From contig CAVPBK010000009.1 of NCBI GenBank assembly GCA_963701855.1, positions 1-64,000 of the forward strand: DNA of 64,000 nt. Direction: 5' to 3'. Below are positions 1 through 9,550 of this stretch, in pieces. The position numbers and the translations under genes were made by a program. Every line of letters begins with the position of its first letter. Positions within the stretch are counted from its first letter, which is position 1. The DNA is from Nitrospirota bacterium. GTDB taxonomy: Bacteria > Nitrospirota > Nitrospiria > Nitrospirales > Nitrospiraceae. A model generated the notes under the pieces. That model made no database searches, was not told the origin of the DNA, and was given only the letters and a program-made list of their open reading frames with translations.

Positions 1-155
1 ACACGTGGGCCGTTGATGAAGCGCATGGGCATGGCGACACTCTACCGAAAGCCGGGCACCAGCAAGAAACACCCCGGCCATGACGTGTATCCCTATCTGT
101 TGCGCGGGCTCACCATCAACCGGGCGAACCAGGTGTGGGCGCTCGAACGCCGTAC
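1..155 (+). pseudogene. IS3 transposase OrfB, 5' exon fragment
   Basis: Translates to the IS3 HTH_21-to-rve linker ending NQVWAL and stops at the intron start. Confidence 0.8.
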
Positions 156-2441
156 GTACGCCCAGCCAACGAAGCCCGCCTGTCTGGGGGTGGCTTGCTG
201 AGCATGTCTGGAATGCATAGCTCGATGGAGTTGCCGTAGCAGCCACGGCATGCCCTCCTTCTGCTACGAGAAGGAGTGAGCCGAAGCGGCGGTGACTTGC
301 CGGACACTGGCAAGGTGACGAAGTCCGCGGGAAACGGGGCGTGCGGCGAAGCGGTTACGCCAAGATGAGCCTCCAGGCTGAGCACGGGAAGGTTGAGGAA
401 CACAAACCTATTAAACCGCATCTGAGGGTTGAAATGTCACCCCTGCCTACACCGCTTAACAGGCAGGCGCGGATCCGTGCCCGTCATACGTTGGACTGGC
501 ACGGCAAATGCGGGCTGGATATGTAAGCTGGCCGGCAGGGAGTCACGAAGAGCGCATAGCTAGACTGTGACGTCCGCGACGACTTGCAGAACGCAAGGAG
601 AAAGACTGCGATAGGTAACCTAACCCATGTGTGAAGTCCAGCATGTGAACTGGGGAAGGCGTGTACCGATGACCGATGACAAGGGAGTGTGTCCCCTGAT
701 GCGGTACACGATGACGGAGCCCCCGTAGTAGTCCGAGACCGGGAAAGCCGGCCACATGGCAAAGGGAGGCAGTTTAAGTGGTTTGCTTGGCTGATTAACT
801 GACCTCAGTGAGGTGAAGACCTTTGATAATCAGTGAAATGCAAAGCAAACTGGCGAAATGGTCAACAGAAAACAACGAACGCAAGTTCGATCGACTCCTG
901 AGACTGATCGCGGATAGCGCTTGGCTCACCGAAGCCGCTCGCATCACGTAGCTTCCGGTGGTGCCGAACACCGGGCGTAGATGGGGTCAACAAGGCCATG
1001 ATGGCAGGAATCCTCCACCAGGAACTGGCGACGATACGTGCCGAGCTGTTAGCGGGCTGCTACAAGCCGCGACCCGCCCGGCGCGTGTACATACCGAAAG
1101 CGAACGGCAAGCTCAGACCTTTAGGTATCCCCAGTCTGCGAGATCGAATCGTCCAGAGAGCGATGCTGATGGCCATGGAGCCGATATGGGAGAGTGATTT
1201 CCATCGAGCGTCCTATGGTTTCAGACCCGCCCGGAGTGTCCACCATGCGATACGAACGGTCAAATTGCAGCTGCAGGAAAGTGATGAACAAAGAACGGCA
1301 GGTCGCTGGGTGATAGAGGGCGACCTGGCCAGCTACTTTGAGACCGTCCATCACCGCCTGCTGCTGAAAGGCGTCCGCACACGTATCGCTGATCAGGCTT
1401 CCTTGCCTTGCTGTGGAAGTTTATCAAAGCAGGATGTGTTGATCAGGGTCTATTTCGCGCCGCGAGCGAAGGCGTTCCGCAAGGGGGAGTCATTTCCCCG
1501 CTGCTCTCCAACATCATGTTGCATGAATTCGATGGCTGGATGGAAGCGAACTACCTGAGCAAGAAGGTGCGCAAGGATCGATGGGCGTGGAACTTCGGAA
1601 TTCTCAAGCAGCGACCGATTGTTACGCGAGAAAACCGGCAGTGGAAACCAGCCGTATCCTACTGCCGCTACGCGGATGATTTCGTCGTGGTCGTCAAAGG
1701 AACCCAAGCGCATGCGAGGCGATACGCGAAGCGTGCCGGACGTTTCTGGAAGGGAAGCTCACACTCACGATGAATATGGAGAAGACCCATATCACCCACG
1801 TGAACGACGGCTTTGTCTTCCTCGGCCACCGCATCATTCGCAAGCGGGGACCACGAGGTCGTATGCGACCTGTCACGACGATTCCATGGGAGAAGTACCG
1901 AGGCTTCACGGACAAGCTGGTCAAGGAACTGTCTGGCAATTACAGCGTGAACAGAATGGACTTGATGGAAAGCCTGAACCGGAAACTCTCAGGGTGGGCG
2001 AACTTCTATCAATACACCGACTATACGGCGACCGTCTTTAGCCGAGTGGACCGGACCGTCTTCTGGAAGCTCGGACATTGGCTCGCGCGCAAGTATCGGC
2101 GAGGATTCCCGAGCCTGATGCGCGAACATGTCCGGGCACCAGAACCGGGGCGCGCCACAACTTGGGTACTGAAGGGACAGAATAGTCGTGGGTGGTATGG
2201 CGAACAGGCGCTTCGACGCCTTGTCACCAGCCGCAAAGGTCAGTTCAGGTGGCGGAACCCGGAAGGGAACCCGTACCTTATACGCGACGAGCATCGCACG
2301 TTCCTCGAATCGCGCTACGCTGACATTGCCTTTGCTTTAAGCAACACTTGAATGGAGAGCCGGATGCGCTGAGAGGTGCAAGTCCGGTTCGGGGAGGAGA
2401 GGCTGGGAGATAGTTCGACTACGCCCGGTCTCTCACTCCAC
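156..2441 (+). mobile_element. Group II intron, bacterial class A-like
   Basis: 5' end GTACGCCCAG (variant of GUGYG). Domain V GAGCCGGATGCGCTGAGAGGTGCAAGTCCGGTTC at 2357-2390 with AGC triad. Domain VI hairpin ends ...CTCCAC at 2441. Internal RT gene. 5' boundary uncertain by a few nt. Confidence 0.88.
823..2351 (+). pseudogene. ltrA: Group II intron reverse transcriptase/maturase, frameshifted (~950, ~1395, ~1715), no endonuclease domain
   Basis: TTG start after GAGGTG gives MIISEMQSKLAKW. Motifs RRVYIPKANGKLRPLGIP, GVPQGGVISPLLSNI and YADD plus domain X are spread over ORFs 998-1558, 1408-1773 and 1770-2351. Resembles the E. coli YkfC/E.c.I4-type RT. Confidence 0.9.
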
Positions 2442-2902
2442 TTCCCATGGCCAAAGGGTTTGTCTACCTGCCTGCGGTGGTAGATTGGGCCAGCCGCAAG
2501 GTTTTAGCCTCGACGGTCGCGATCACGTTGGAGACCTGCCATGCCGTTGCGGTGCTGCACGAGGCGTTCACACGGCATGGGACACCTGAGATTGTGAATA
2601 CTGATCAGGGCGGTCAGTTCACCGCGCAGGCGTTCGTGCACGCGGTCAAGGATCGCGGGTGTCACTTCAGCATGGACGGGCGCGGAGCCTGGAGGGATAA
2701 TGTGTTCGTCGAGCGTTTGTGGAAATCGGTGAAATATGAGCGGGGGTATCTACAGGCCTATGACTCCGTCACTGAAGCCAGGCAGTCGATTATGCAATAC
2801 TTGGATTGGTACAACCGAGCGAGACCCCATTCGAGCCTGGACCGGCAAACACCGGATGAGGCGTATGCCGTGATGCTGCCGACGGGTAAACTGGCAGCGT
2901 AA
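2442..2902 (+). pseudogene. IS3 transposase OrfB integrase core, 3' exon
   Basis: rve motifs NTDQGGQF and DNVFVERLW, plus YNRARPHSSLDRQTP. Confidence 0.85.
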
Positions 2903-3176
2903 GTAGCAGCAGAGACTCCACTTAAAAACCTCGGGCGACTGTTCAAACGAATGGGGCCACTTCTGATTCATGACAGAAGGCTAGGCCGTCCGTGGGGGAG
3001 GTGTCAAGCTGCTACGGAGTGACAGCAAGGAGGAGAGGGTAGCTGTTGTCCAAACATCCTAATACCCACCCCTGCGTGCGAAGCGAGCCTAGTAAAAAAT
3101 TTGTAATAGACAGATACCTCCCCACGCATACCTTGAGAGCTGATTTTTGGGGGTAGTGGAGGGGGCCTTTTTTATT

Positions 3177-3208
3177 GTACCGGTCAGTGTAACCATTTTC
3201 GTAACCGT
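3177..3208 (+). repeat. Three 12-bp-phased direct repeats, probable tyrosine-integrase arm sites
   Basis: GTACCGGT (3177), GTAACCAT (3189) and GTAACCGT (3201), ~130 bp from the tRNA fragment. Confidence 0.5.
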
Positions 3209-3336
3209 TAGCTCTCTCACCCGTCACATCCAGCGCAACAGGATGCAACCTCTCCCAAGGGCTATTCCACACTTCCCTCGCGGCTTTCGTCGGCTGTATG
3301 CGGGGATTGGTCTTCCTCCAAATCTGGCTCTGATTG

Positions 3337-3396
3337 GTCTCGAAAACTGCTGTCCTGGCAACGGGACCGTGGGTTCGATCCCCACCCTCTCCGCCA
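3337..3396 (+). tRNA. tRNA-Ser(CGA) 3' fragment only (att site, not a functional tRNA)
   Basis: Anticodon loop CTCGAAA, long variable arm GTCCTGGCAACGGGAC, T-arm GTGGGTTCGATCCCCAC, acceptor 3' strand CTCTCCGCCA. No matching GGAGAG 5' strand or D-arm upstream. Confidence 0.85.
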
Positions 3397-3435
3397 AAAT
3401 CAAGGACGCATATGCCGCCGGCGTCCCGGGCAGGT

Positions 3436-3511
3436 CTGTCTTGTTCATTTGGTTTGTCTTGTTTGGTTGGTTCGAAGAACGAAAGAAACCAAATGAACCG
3501 GATAGACCAGA
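3436..3511. repeat. 9-mer hairpin repeat (family A)
   Basis: TTGGTT-rich arm then AACCA-rich arm. Abuts the TGA of the DUF2779 gene. Confidence 0.75.
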
Positions 3512-5044
3512 TCAACCCGTCTCGCCTTTCATTTGCGCTTTTTCCATCAATGCTCGCCTGAGTTCGACCATCGCACGCGTGTCGCGCTTGCAGTAAGCCA
3601 GCAACGCTTCTTGGATTTTTGCCCGTTCAATCCAATCCGTTTCGACAAAGACCATGCGGTAATACTGACTTGCGGCATGCCCACCTTCTTTGATGGCTAG
3701 GTCATCGTACCCCATCGAAGGGACGAGCGCAGGAAGAATTTCTTTTAGTGAATAAGAACCTTCAAAGCGTGGATGATAGTAGTGATCGCGCACAATTGGA
3801 TGCAGATCCCAGATGCGCTTTACTAATGCTCGAAGAGCGGTACGCAACAAAGGAAGCGCCTCGGCTAGTTGCTCGATCACAGACTTTTCATAGGGCGAGT
3901 AGACGCAAATACTCCCTTTGCTTCCAAGCGACTCCAGCAAGGCTTCGGCCAGCCGATTGCGCGGATCAGTCCCCTCTCCGTGCAAGAACTCGTGATGCAC
4001 GATGTCACCGTGGTCTTGTTCGATGTGGTTCGACCATTGCACCGGCAGCGCTTGATACGGACGCGTCTCAGGAAATCGTGGAACAGCCAGCATCACCGTT
4101 TCAAAATCCAGATGATGGACGGGAAACCGCACAGTCTTGAGCATAGCGCCCAATTTCTCCGACACCCACTCGACATTCTCTTTCACACGACGCTGAACTG
4201 GCGATAGTTTCGTACCAATTGGAATCTCGTCGATCGTCGTCACACCCTGCTGAATTAACTGACTGACCACCTGCTTCGATCCCGGCAAGTAATGAATCCA
4301 CCGCGCCGGTTTGTCTTTGGTGCAATGTTCCCAGAAGGGGCAATCGTAGGGCATATGACAATGCCGGTCCGGCTCGATGGCAGGGGGTTGCGTCTGGAGC
4401 AGCATGCGAGTCATCTCGGCCAATCGCCCTGGCACCTCAATCCGCCGTTGCGCTACGGCCTCGGACAGATCCTGAATCGCAAAAAGCTCTGTCAGATCGA
4501 TTGTCCCATCTCGATAGAGATACCCGGTATTGATATGCATGAGACCGACGGAGATGAGCGTCAGCCCTGCGCCCTGTATCACTTCGCTTTGCACGGCAAG
4601 ATCTTCGAGATGTACGTCTTTGACCTTGGTTGAAGACTTGACCTCGATCAGACGCCAGCCAGATGGTTGTCCCTCCACGACTTGAACACGCTCCAACACA
4701 TCTGCGCGAATCAACACCCCGCCGTGCAATAATGCCGCTTCGAAAATTGCCGGAACGGTAAGATCCTGAATCAGCGCGGCGGTCTGCACAAGCGCGGCTT
4801 CTGTCTGACGATAGCCCGCTGTCACCAATATCCCGCCTGGAAAACGAGTTCGAGCCAACTCCCCGACTTCTGTTCCCATATCGAACATCGCCTGAGTCGC
4901 CGCATCCGGCTTAGTCGCGAGAGAAGGATGATGAACTTCGAGGTATAGACGCTTGTGACATTGAAGACCGGACAGGAATTTTGACTTTGAGAGACGCGGG
5001 GCCTTCGGAAGTAGGACTGGTGAGAGCTCGCTAAGTTTAGTCAT
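3512..5044 (-). CDS. DUF2779 domain-containing protein (PD-(D/E)XK-like N-region plus RNase H-like region)
   Basis: 510 aa. LSKSKFLSGLQCHKRLYL, ADVL..LIEVKSST, C..PYDCPFWEHC, LDFET, GSYSLKEILPAL, LLAYCKRDT. Confidence 0.8.
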   Translation of the reverse strand: MTKLSELSPVLLPKAPRLSKSKFLSGLQCHKRLYLEVHHPSLATKPDAATQAMFDMGTEVGELARTRFPGGILVTAGYRQTEAALVQTAALIQDLTVPAIFEAALLHGGVLIRADVLERVQVVEGQPSGWRLIEVKSSTKVKDVHLEDLAVQSEVIQGAGLTLISVGLMHINTGYLYRDGTIDLTELFAIQDLSEAVAQRRIEVPGRLAEMTRMLLQTQPPAIEPDRHCHMPYDCPFWEHCTKDKPARWIHYLPGSKQVVSQLIQQGVTTIDEIPIGTKLSPVQRRVKENVEWVSEKLGAMLKTVRFPVHHLDFETVMLAVPRFPETRPYQALPVQWSNHIEQDHGDIVHHEFLHGEGTDPRNRLAEALLESLGSKGSICVYSPYEKSVIEQLAEALPLLRTALRALVKRIWDLHPIVRDHYYHPRFEGSYSLKEILPALVPSMGYDDLAIKEGGHAASQYYRMVFVETDWIERAKIQEALLAYCKRDTRAMVELRRALMEKAQMKGETG

Positions 5045-5100
5045 GGCAAGATGACCCTAAACGGACAGACACACGGTTGTCTAGCAGAATAGCCGCGAGA

Positions 5101-5182
5101 CAGACGAAACTGGTTGATTTGGTTTATCCGGTTAGTTTCGTTCAACTAAAAAACGAGACAAACCAAATAAACTAAATAACCG
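5101..5182. repeat. 9-mer hairpin repeat (family A)
   Basis: GGTTGATTTGGTTTATCCGGTTAG..GTTCAAC..AAACCAAATAAAC. Confidence 0.75.
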
Positions 5183-5211
5183 TCTGCTTCATCCTGTTAG
5201 GATGGCCCGCC

Positions 5212-6537
5212 ATGGCATCCAGCATTTCACAGATCAGAAAGTCCGTCCTGACCCTTGCCTTACCGGTCACGGTCAGCACCCTGCTTCAGCGCACCGAAGG
5301 CATTGCCGCTGTCTTCCTTGTCGGTGGTCTCGGCGCCACATCCATTGCTGCTGTGGGACTTGGCCAGTTACTGGCCTTTATCGCCACTACGCTCGTTTCC
5401 GGATTATCGGTAGGAGCCAACGTCCTCATCGCCCAACTATGGGGCGCCCGCCGCACCAAAGACGTTGGAGAAGCCGCCACGCATCTTCTCGGATTGGCAG
5501 CCATTGTGTCCTGCTCAATTGTAGTATTCGGATGGTCTCTAAATCGTGTCACCATGGAGCTGTTGGGCGCAGAGCACGACGTCATCGCGCTGGCCCTTCC
5601 TTATTCGAACATCATCTTCACGGTCATTCCCTGCACGATCTTCTTGCAAGTCCTCTCTTCGATCATACAAGGCACCGGAGACACCAAAACTCCCATGTAC
5701 GCCTTAATTACGGTAAATCTGCTCTATCTGACGATTGCCTACCCGCTGATCTACGGACTCTGGGGCTTCCCTGCCTTTGGTATCACCGGAGCAGCCGTGG
5801 CAGCCGGTCTTGCGGAAGGGACGGGCGTGGCCTACCTCCTCTGGTCTTGCCGAAGGCTCTTTCGGAAGTCGCTTCACCTACGACGCGATCTCTTACGCTC
5901 CACCTGGCAGGTTGGCGCATCGGTCTCAGGCGAGCGAATATTTCAACAGGCAGGGATTATTCTCTACACGAAGATCGTCCTGGTATACGGCACTGTGACT
6001 TACGCCGCCCATCAAGTCGGTCTGTCGATCGAATCCCTCTCGTTCCTGCCTGGATATGGTTTTGCGATCGCAGCAGCCACGATGGTGGGACAAAGTATCG
6101 GCGCAGGGAAATATGTCCGGGCCAAATTGGAAAACTGGGAGGCGAATCGCCTGGCCGGTATCGCGATGGCATCGATGGGCGTGCTGTTCTTTTTCTTTCC
6201 CTATGCCCTGCTCCGAGCCTTCACCAACGACGAAGCCGTCGTCGAACTCGGGACGCTGTTCCTGCGCATCGTCGCCATCCTCCAAGTCCCGCTCGCCCTC
6301 ACCATGGTCCTGGCCGGATCGTTACGTGGAGCCGGCGACACTCGGTTCATTATGGTGGCGACAACGATCGGCATGTGGGGAGTCCGTTTGCCCCTCGCAG
6401 CCATAGCAGGACCGTGGCTCGCACTGGATGTGCTCTATGTGTGGAGCGCCATGATCGCAGATTGGACAGTCCGAATGGGGTTGCTCCTCTGGCGTTACCG
6501 ATCGGAACGGTGGAAAGCGATTCAGGTCATTCGCTAG
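5212..6537 (+). CDS. MATE family efflux transporter
   Basis: 441 aa, many hydrophobic helices, LALPV, QGTGDTKTPM, GITGAAVA, LRGAGDTR. Confidence 0.92.
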   Translation: MASSISQIRKSVLTLALPVTVSTLLQRTEGIAAVFLVGGLGATSIAAVGLGQLLAFIATTLVSGLSVGANVLIAQLWGARRTKDVGEAATHLLGLAAIVSCSIVVFGWSLNRVTMELLGAEHDVIALALPYSNIIFTVIPCTIFLQVLSSIIQGTGDTKTPMYALITVNLLYLTIAYPLIYGLWGFPAFGITGAAVAAGLAEGTGVAYLLWSCRRLFRKSLHLRRDLLRSTWQVGASVSGERIFQQAGIILYTKIVLVYGTVTYAAHQVGLSIESLSFLPGYGFAIAAATMVGQSIGAGKYVRAKLENWEANRLAGIAMASMGVLFFFFPYALLRAFTNDEAVVELGTLFLRIVAILQVPLALTMVLAGSLRGAGDTRFIMVATTIGMWGVRLPLAAIAGPWLALDVLYVWSAMIADWTVRMGLLLWRYRSERWKAIQVIR

Positions 6538-6624
6538 CCCGGTCTGTCTGGTTCATCTGGTTTCTCTTGTTTATTTGGTTTGTTTGGTTGAACCAGACTA
6601 ACTAAATAGACAAGAGAAACCAGC
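6538..6624. repeat. 9-mer hairpin repeat (family A)
   Basis: Starts directly after the MATE stop. TCTGGTTCA units, central GGTTGAACC. Confidence 0.75.
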
Positions 6625-6807
6625 CGGAAGTCGCGCACTGGAGGGCGATAATTTTTCTGTTGCTTTCATTGTCAGATTATCAGTACGTTATTCCACAAGT
6701 GGCTGAGGGAGCAAAAACATACCTGCGACCCTGGGCTGGGAATTTTTCCACGCTGTTGCAAATGCGGCAGCCTTACCAAAAACCGTTACATTTGAAGGGA
6801 GATCAAG

Positions 6808-7044
6808 ATGAAAACCAAAGCAACTTTCTACCACGCAGGATGCCCCGTATGCGTCGCCGCCGAGAACAGCGTCGCCAACGCTCTGGATCCGGCGAAATAT
6901 GACGTGGAACACGTCCATCTCGGCACGAACAAGTCGCGCGTGAAAGAAGCGGAAGCAGCCGGAGTCAAGTCGGTGCCTGCTCTGGTCATGAATGGCGCCG
7001 CGTTTCACATTAACTTCGGAGCCGGCATCGATGCCTTGAAGTAA
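6808..7044 (+). CDS. Small thioredoxin/glutaredoxin-like protein
   Basis: 78 aa, CPVC motif, GVKSVPALV cis-Pro motif, RBS GGGAGA. Confidence 0.85.
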   Translation: MKTKATFYHAGCPVCVAAENSVANALDPAKYDVEHVHLGTNKSRVKEAEAAGVKSVPALVMNGAAFHINFGAGIDALK

Positions 7045-7076
7045 CCGATTCAGTCTGCTGACTGGCCTAAGTTCAG

Positions 7077-7109
7077 GGGGCGTGCCTAACGGCACGCCCC
7101 ATTTTTATT
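7077..7109 (+). terminator. Intrinsic terminator
   Basis: GGGGCGTGCC-TAAC-GGCACGCCCC followed by ATTTTTATT. Confidence 0.85.
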
Positions 7110-7110
7110 G

Positions 7111-7190
7111 CGGCCGGACGCTTGGCGCTGAGCAACCGTGGCTATGGGAACTCCTCTGCAGGCCGCAGCCTACTCAAGCGCGATGCTAGT
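7111..7190 (-). other. Degenerate attC-like site (cassette 3)
   Basis: Minus strand ACTAGCATCGCGCTTGAG...GCTCAGCGCCAAGCGTCCGGC overlapping the stop codon. L boxes recognisable, R boxes mutated. Confidence 0.45.
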
Positions 7191-8107
7191 CACCTTGACA
7201 TGTTGATCTGGCCTTCTTAGATAACTCTTCTCGCAGCGCTCGAATGAATATCAATCCATATTCCGGGTTTTGTCTGTACCTATGTGCAGACTCCGCCACG
7301 AAACCACCAACAACTTTCTCTGACTCGCGTGCGTCCCATCCGGCCTTGTATAACATCAACGACTCTGTGCAAAACTGCTTATCGGTCCCCTGGAGTTCCA
7401 AGACCTTTTCGTAATGCCCGACCGACTTGAGCCATTCTTCAAGCGACAAATAGTACGCCTGCTGGGAATCCGCTGGAACCGACTCTTCCACTCTCAGCTC
7501 CGTTAATAGATTACGCAGGCGCACCTCAGCCTCATCGACTGCGCCTCGAAGGTTCATCCCAGGGCGACTAGGTAACGGCGCTTTCTTCAAAATCTCCGCC
7601 TGAACGAGACCACGGTTGCATAGGTCTCTTGCTTCATCATCGTGATTGAAGAGATGCTTTAGAACAGCCTGTTGCACATATGCGTGGAGGAAAGACGGCT
7701 GCAGCTCGATTGCGCACTCTAAGCAGTCAGTTGCGAAACCATAATGCTTCTTTAGCTCATCCTGATTAGCACTCGGCCTCATGAGTTCGACAACGAGTTC
7801 AGACTCCCGATCCCGTTCGAAACAAGATGTCATTGATTGCTCTAAAAAAGGCCTCGTCTGCTCCTTTTCCGAGAAGCCTATTTAGCGCCGCATACTGGCC
7901 GATAAGCCTTGCCTCACGCGACAAGTGTACAAATACCTCAAACATCGGATTCCCATAGAGCCGCTCGATGAAAGCTTCGGCTATCTTGGGGTCAAGCGTG
8001 TCCCAGCCGGGCGCCTTAGCGAACCATTCTTTAAGGTCAGCCCTAGTCTGATTCTTGTAAAAAGGTCGCGAGAACGACTGCTTCGATATCCAATCTAGCA
8101 GACCCAT
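7186..8107 (-). pseudogene. Cassette-borne hypothetical protein with TPR-like segment, split into ORFs 7799-8107 and 7186-7833
   Basis: RBS AAGGAG before 8107. Two overlapping same-strand ORFs suggest one frameshift near 7830, but two genes are also possible. Confidence 0.5.
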
Positions 8108-8129
8108 CGTCGCTCCTTACGTTTTGTGT

Positions 8130-8163
8130 GCTTAACGATCGCCGCTCAGCCGCATGTTGAAGC
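8130..8163 (-). other. Internally deleted attC site (cassette 2)
   Basis: Minus strand GCTTCAACATGCGGCTGAGCGGCGATCGTTAAGC: R' GTTAAGC intact, only ~34 bp long. Confidence 0.55.
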
Positions 8164-8723
8164 CTTGAATCTCAATCTTGGGCCATACTGCCGAGGCATT
8201 GGCCTTCAGATCTGACGACTTGGAGAGGTCAGCCAAGTAGGCCGTCAGAAGCGTGTCAAGGTCGTCGAGAAAATGCTCTAGGCCGAAGTGAGTTTGTTGC
8301 CCTCCGAGATTTGGTAATGGTGGACCGGGGAAACTCTAGCGCGTCCCAGTGCAACAGATACGAGTACTCAAGACCGCTCGCTCGGTCACGCAGGCGTCGA
8401 GGCCTGGACGTGTGCATCAGCGTGTGGCGCCATAGCTGGATAGCAAGAACGTCGGCTAGCGGATCCCGTGGCAAGTAGCATGCTAGGAAAGCACGCATTC
8501 GAACCGTTTGGACCCTGGTGGCATCCCCGTCCCACAGCTTGGAATAAAGGTCGAGTCTTGCAAACCCGGCCATCACATAGGCCCACAAGGTAGCCGGAAA
8601 GTGATGGGTGTGGGCCTGCCAAGTAGGTCGCACCACGGTCGCATTCGTGGCGTCAACCTCGGCCCGAAGCTGGCTAAGATCGGACCGTAGGTGATCGGTG
8701 AGGTATGAGAGCGTACTCAGCAT
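8132..8723 (-). pseudogene. Cassette-borne HEPN-like protein, frameshifted near 8270-8330
   Basis: Helical protein with R-x4-H motif (RHTLMH). C-terminal part LLTAYLADLSKSSDLKANASAVWPKIE lies in another frame. Confidence 0.5.
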
Positions 8724-8745
8724 AGCGTCATAAACTTTCGTGGGG

Positions 8746-8807
8746 TCCTACGACCTCCCGTTCAGCGGCGCTGCGTGATCGGCGTCCGTTGCAACAGTGT
8801 GTTAGCC
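8746..8807 (-). other. attC site (cassette 1)
   Basis: Minus strand GGCTAAC-ACACT-GTTGCAACGGACGCC..GCGCCGCTGAAC-GGGAGGTC-GTAGGAC. R'' overlaps the TAA stop. R' appears to lack one T. Confidence 0.7.
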
Positions 8808-9492
8808 AGAGCCCTTGCCGATAAAAGCGGTTGCGCTGCAGCCACCGTAAAACACAAATATCATTAAACATTGGAATGGGCCTTTCGGCGCGTGTACCTG
8901 ATACCAGAACACACTAGGATTCTCGCCGTACTTCGGTTCATTGGCGAACAACTGCTTCGCACAATTAAAGAGGATGAGCCGGTAGGCGTCGATGTCGGCG
9001 AGGGATTCGGCGTTGTCGAAAGCGATGAAGTCTGGGTACACACGGATGCTGCCCACCCACCTTCGCCAAAGTGGTGCCGGTATAGTCCAAGCGTGAGTAG
9101 GTCGAGTACCCGCTGAAATCGTGCGCCGTCGAGTGGCACTTGGACTGCTTCGTAGTTCGTACCCGCGTGGCTGTCCATGACGGTGACTTCCTCGTAGCCG
9201 CTGAGGATCGAATGGCCAAGGGCGGGTCTTCGCTGATGGGCGCGTGTAAGTTTCGTAGACACTTGGGTACGAGCAATGGCATTCGCCGTAACATTGGTAC
9301 TGAGGACCCAGAGGAAATATCGTCGTGGCTGGACTTGACGAGGTTATGATCCGCGCAGGCAGGTACGGTGATCAGGTTTCGCAGAAGATCATGGATGCCG
9401 TTGGTGTCCTTTGGCTCGGGGAAAAGGCACGCAGGTGGAATATGCTCACGCGTCGTGGCAGGACTCGGGCACGCGAAACAGGTGTCGGTCAT
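8802..9492 (-). pseudogene. Cassette-borne HNH-like endonuclease, two frameshifts
   Basis: CFAC..TREHIPP..LITVPACADHN N-terminus. Continuation in ORFs 8864-9262 and 8802-9056. Confidence 0.6.
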
Positions 9493-9509
9493 CTCTTCTG
9501 GCTTTTACT

Positions 9510-9550
9510 GGCTAACTATTGAGTATGCTGACCGGTATATTACGCGAAAC
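9510..9550 (-). other. Array-proximal recombination site (attI/attG-like)
   Basis: Minus strand CAGCATACTCAATA-GTTAGCC. GTTAGCC is the exact complement of the cassette-1 R'' GGCTAAC. Confidence 0.5.

Larger units (their letters stand above)
1..2964 (+). mobile_element. IS3-family insertion sequence (5' part outside window), interrupted by a group II intron
   Basis: OrfB-like peptide LYRKPGTSKKHPGHDVYPYLLRGLTINRANQVWAL (13-144) resumes as PMAKGFVYL..VVDWASRKVL..NTDQG..DNVFVERLWKSVKYE (2447-2902). Probable right IR ends ...GTTCAAACGAATGGGGCCACTTCT at ~2964. Confidence 0.85.

Noticed and set aside
823..2351. RT as a retron, DGR or defence RT
   Set aside because: It is followed directly by canonical intron domains V/VI and splits an IS gene. 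I saw no template/variable repeat pair, including for the FGE-fold gene at 50432.
3300..3396. Complete tRNA-Ser gene
   Set aside because: The 5' acceptor strand and D-arm are absent. Only the 3' half is present.
5202..6605. 467-aa alternative-frame ORF over MATE, and similar long shadow ORFs such as 10246-11337, 21989-22762 and 55912-56820
   Set aside because: They overlap well-supported genes, have no motifs and are expected from codon bias in GC-rich DNA.
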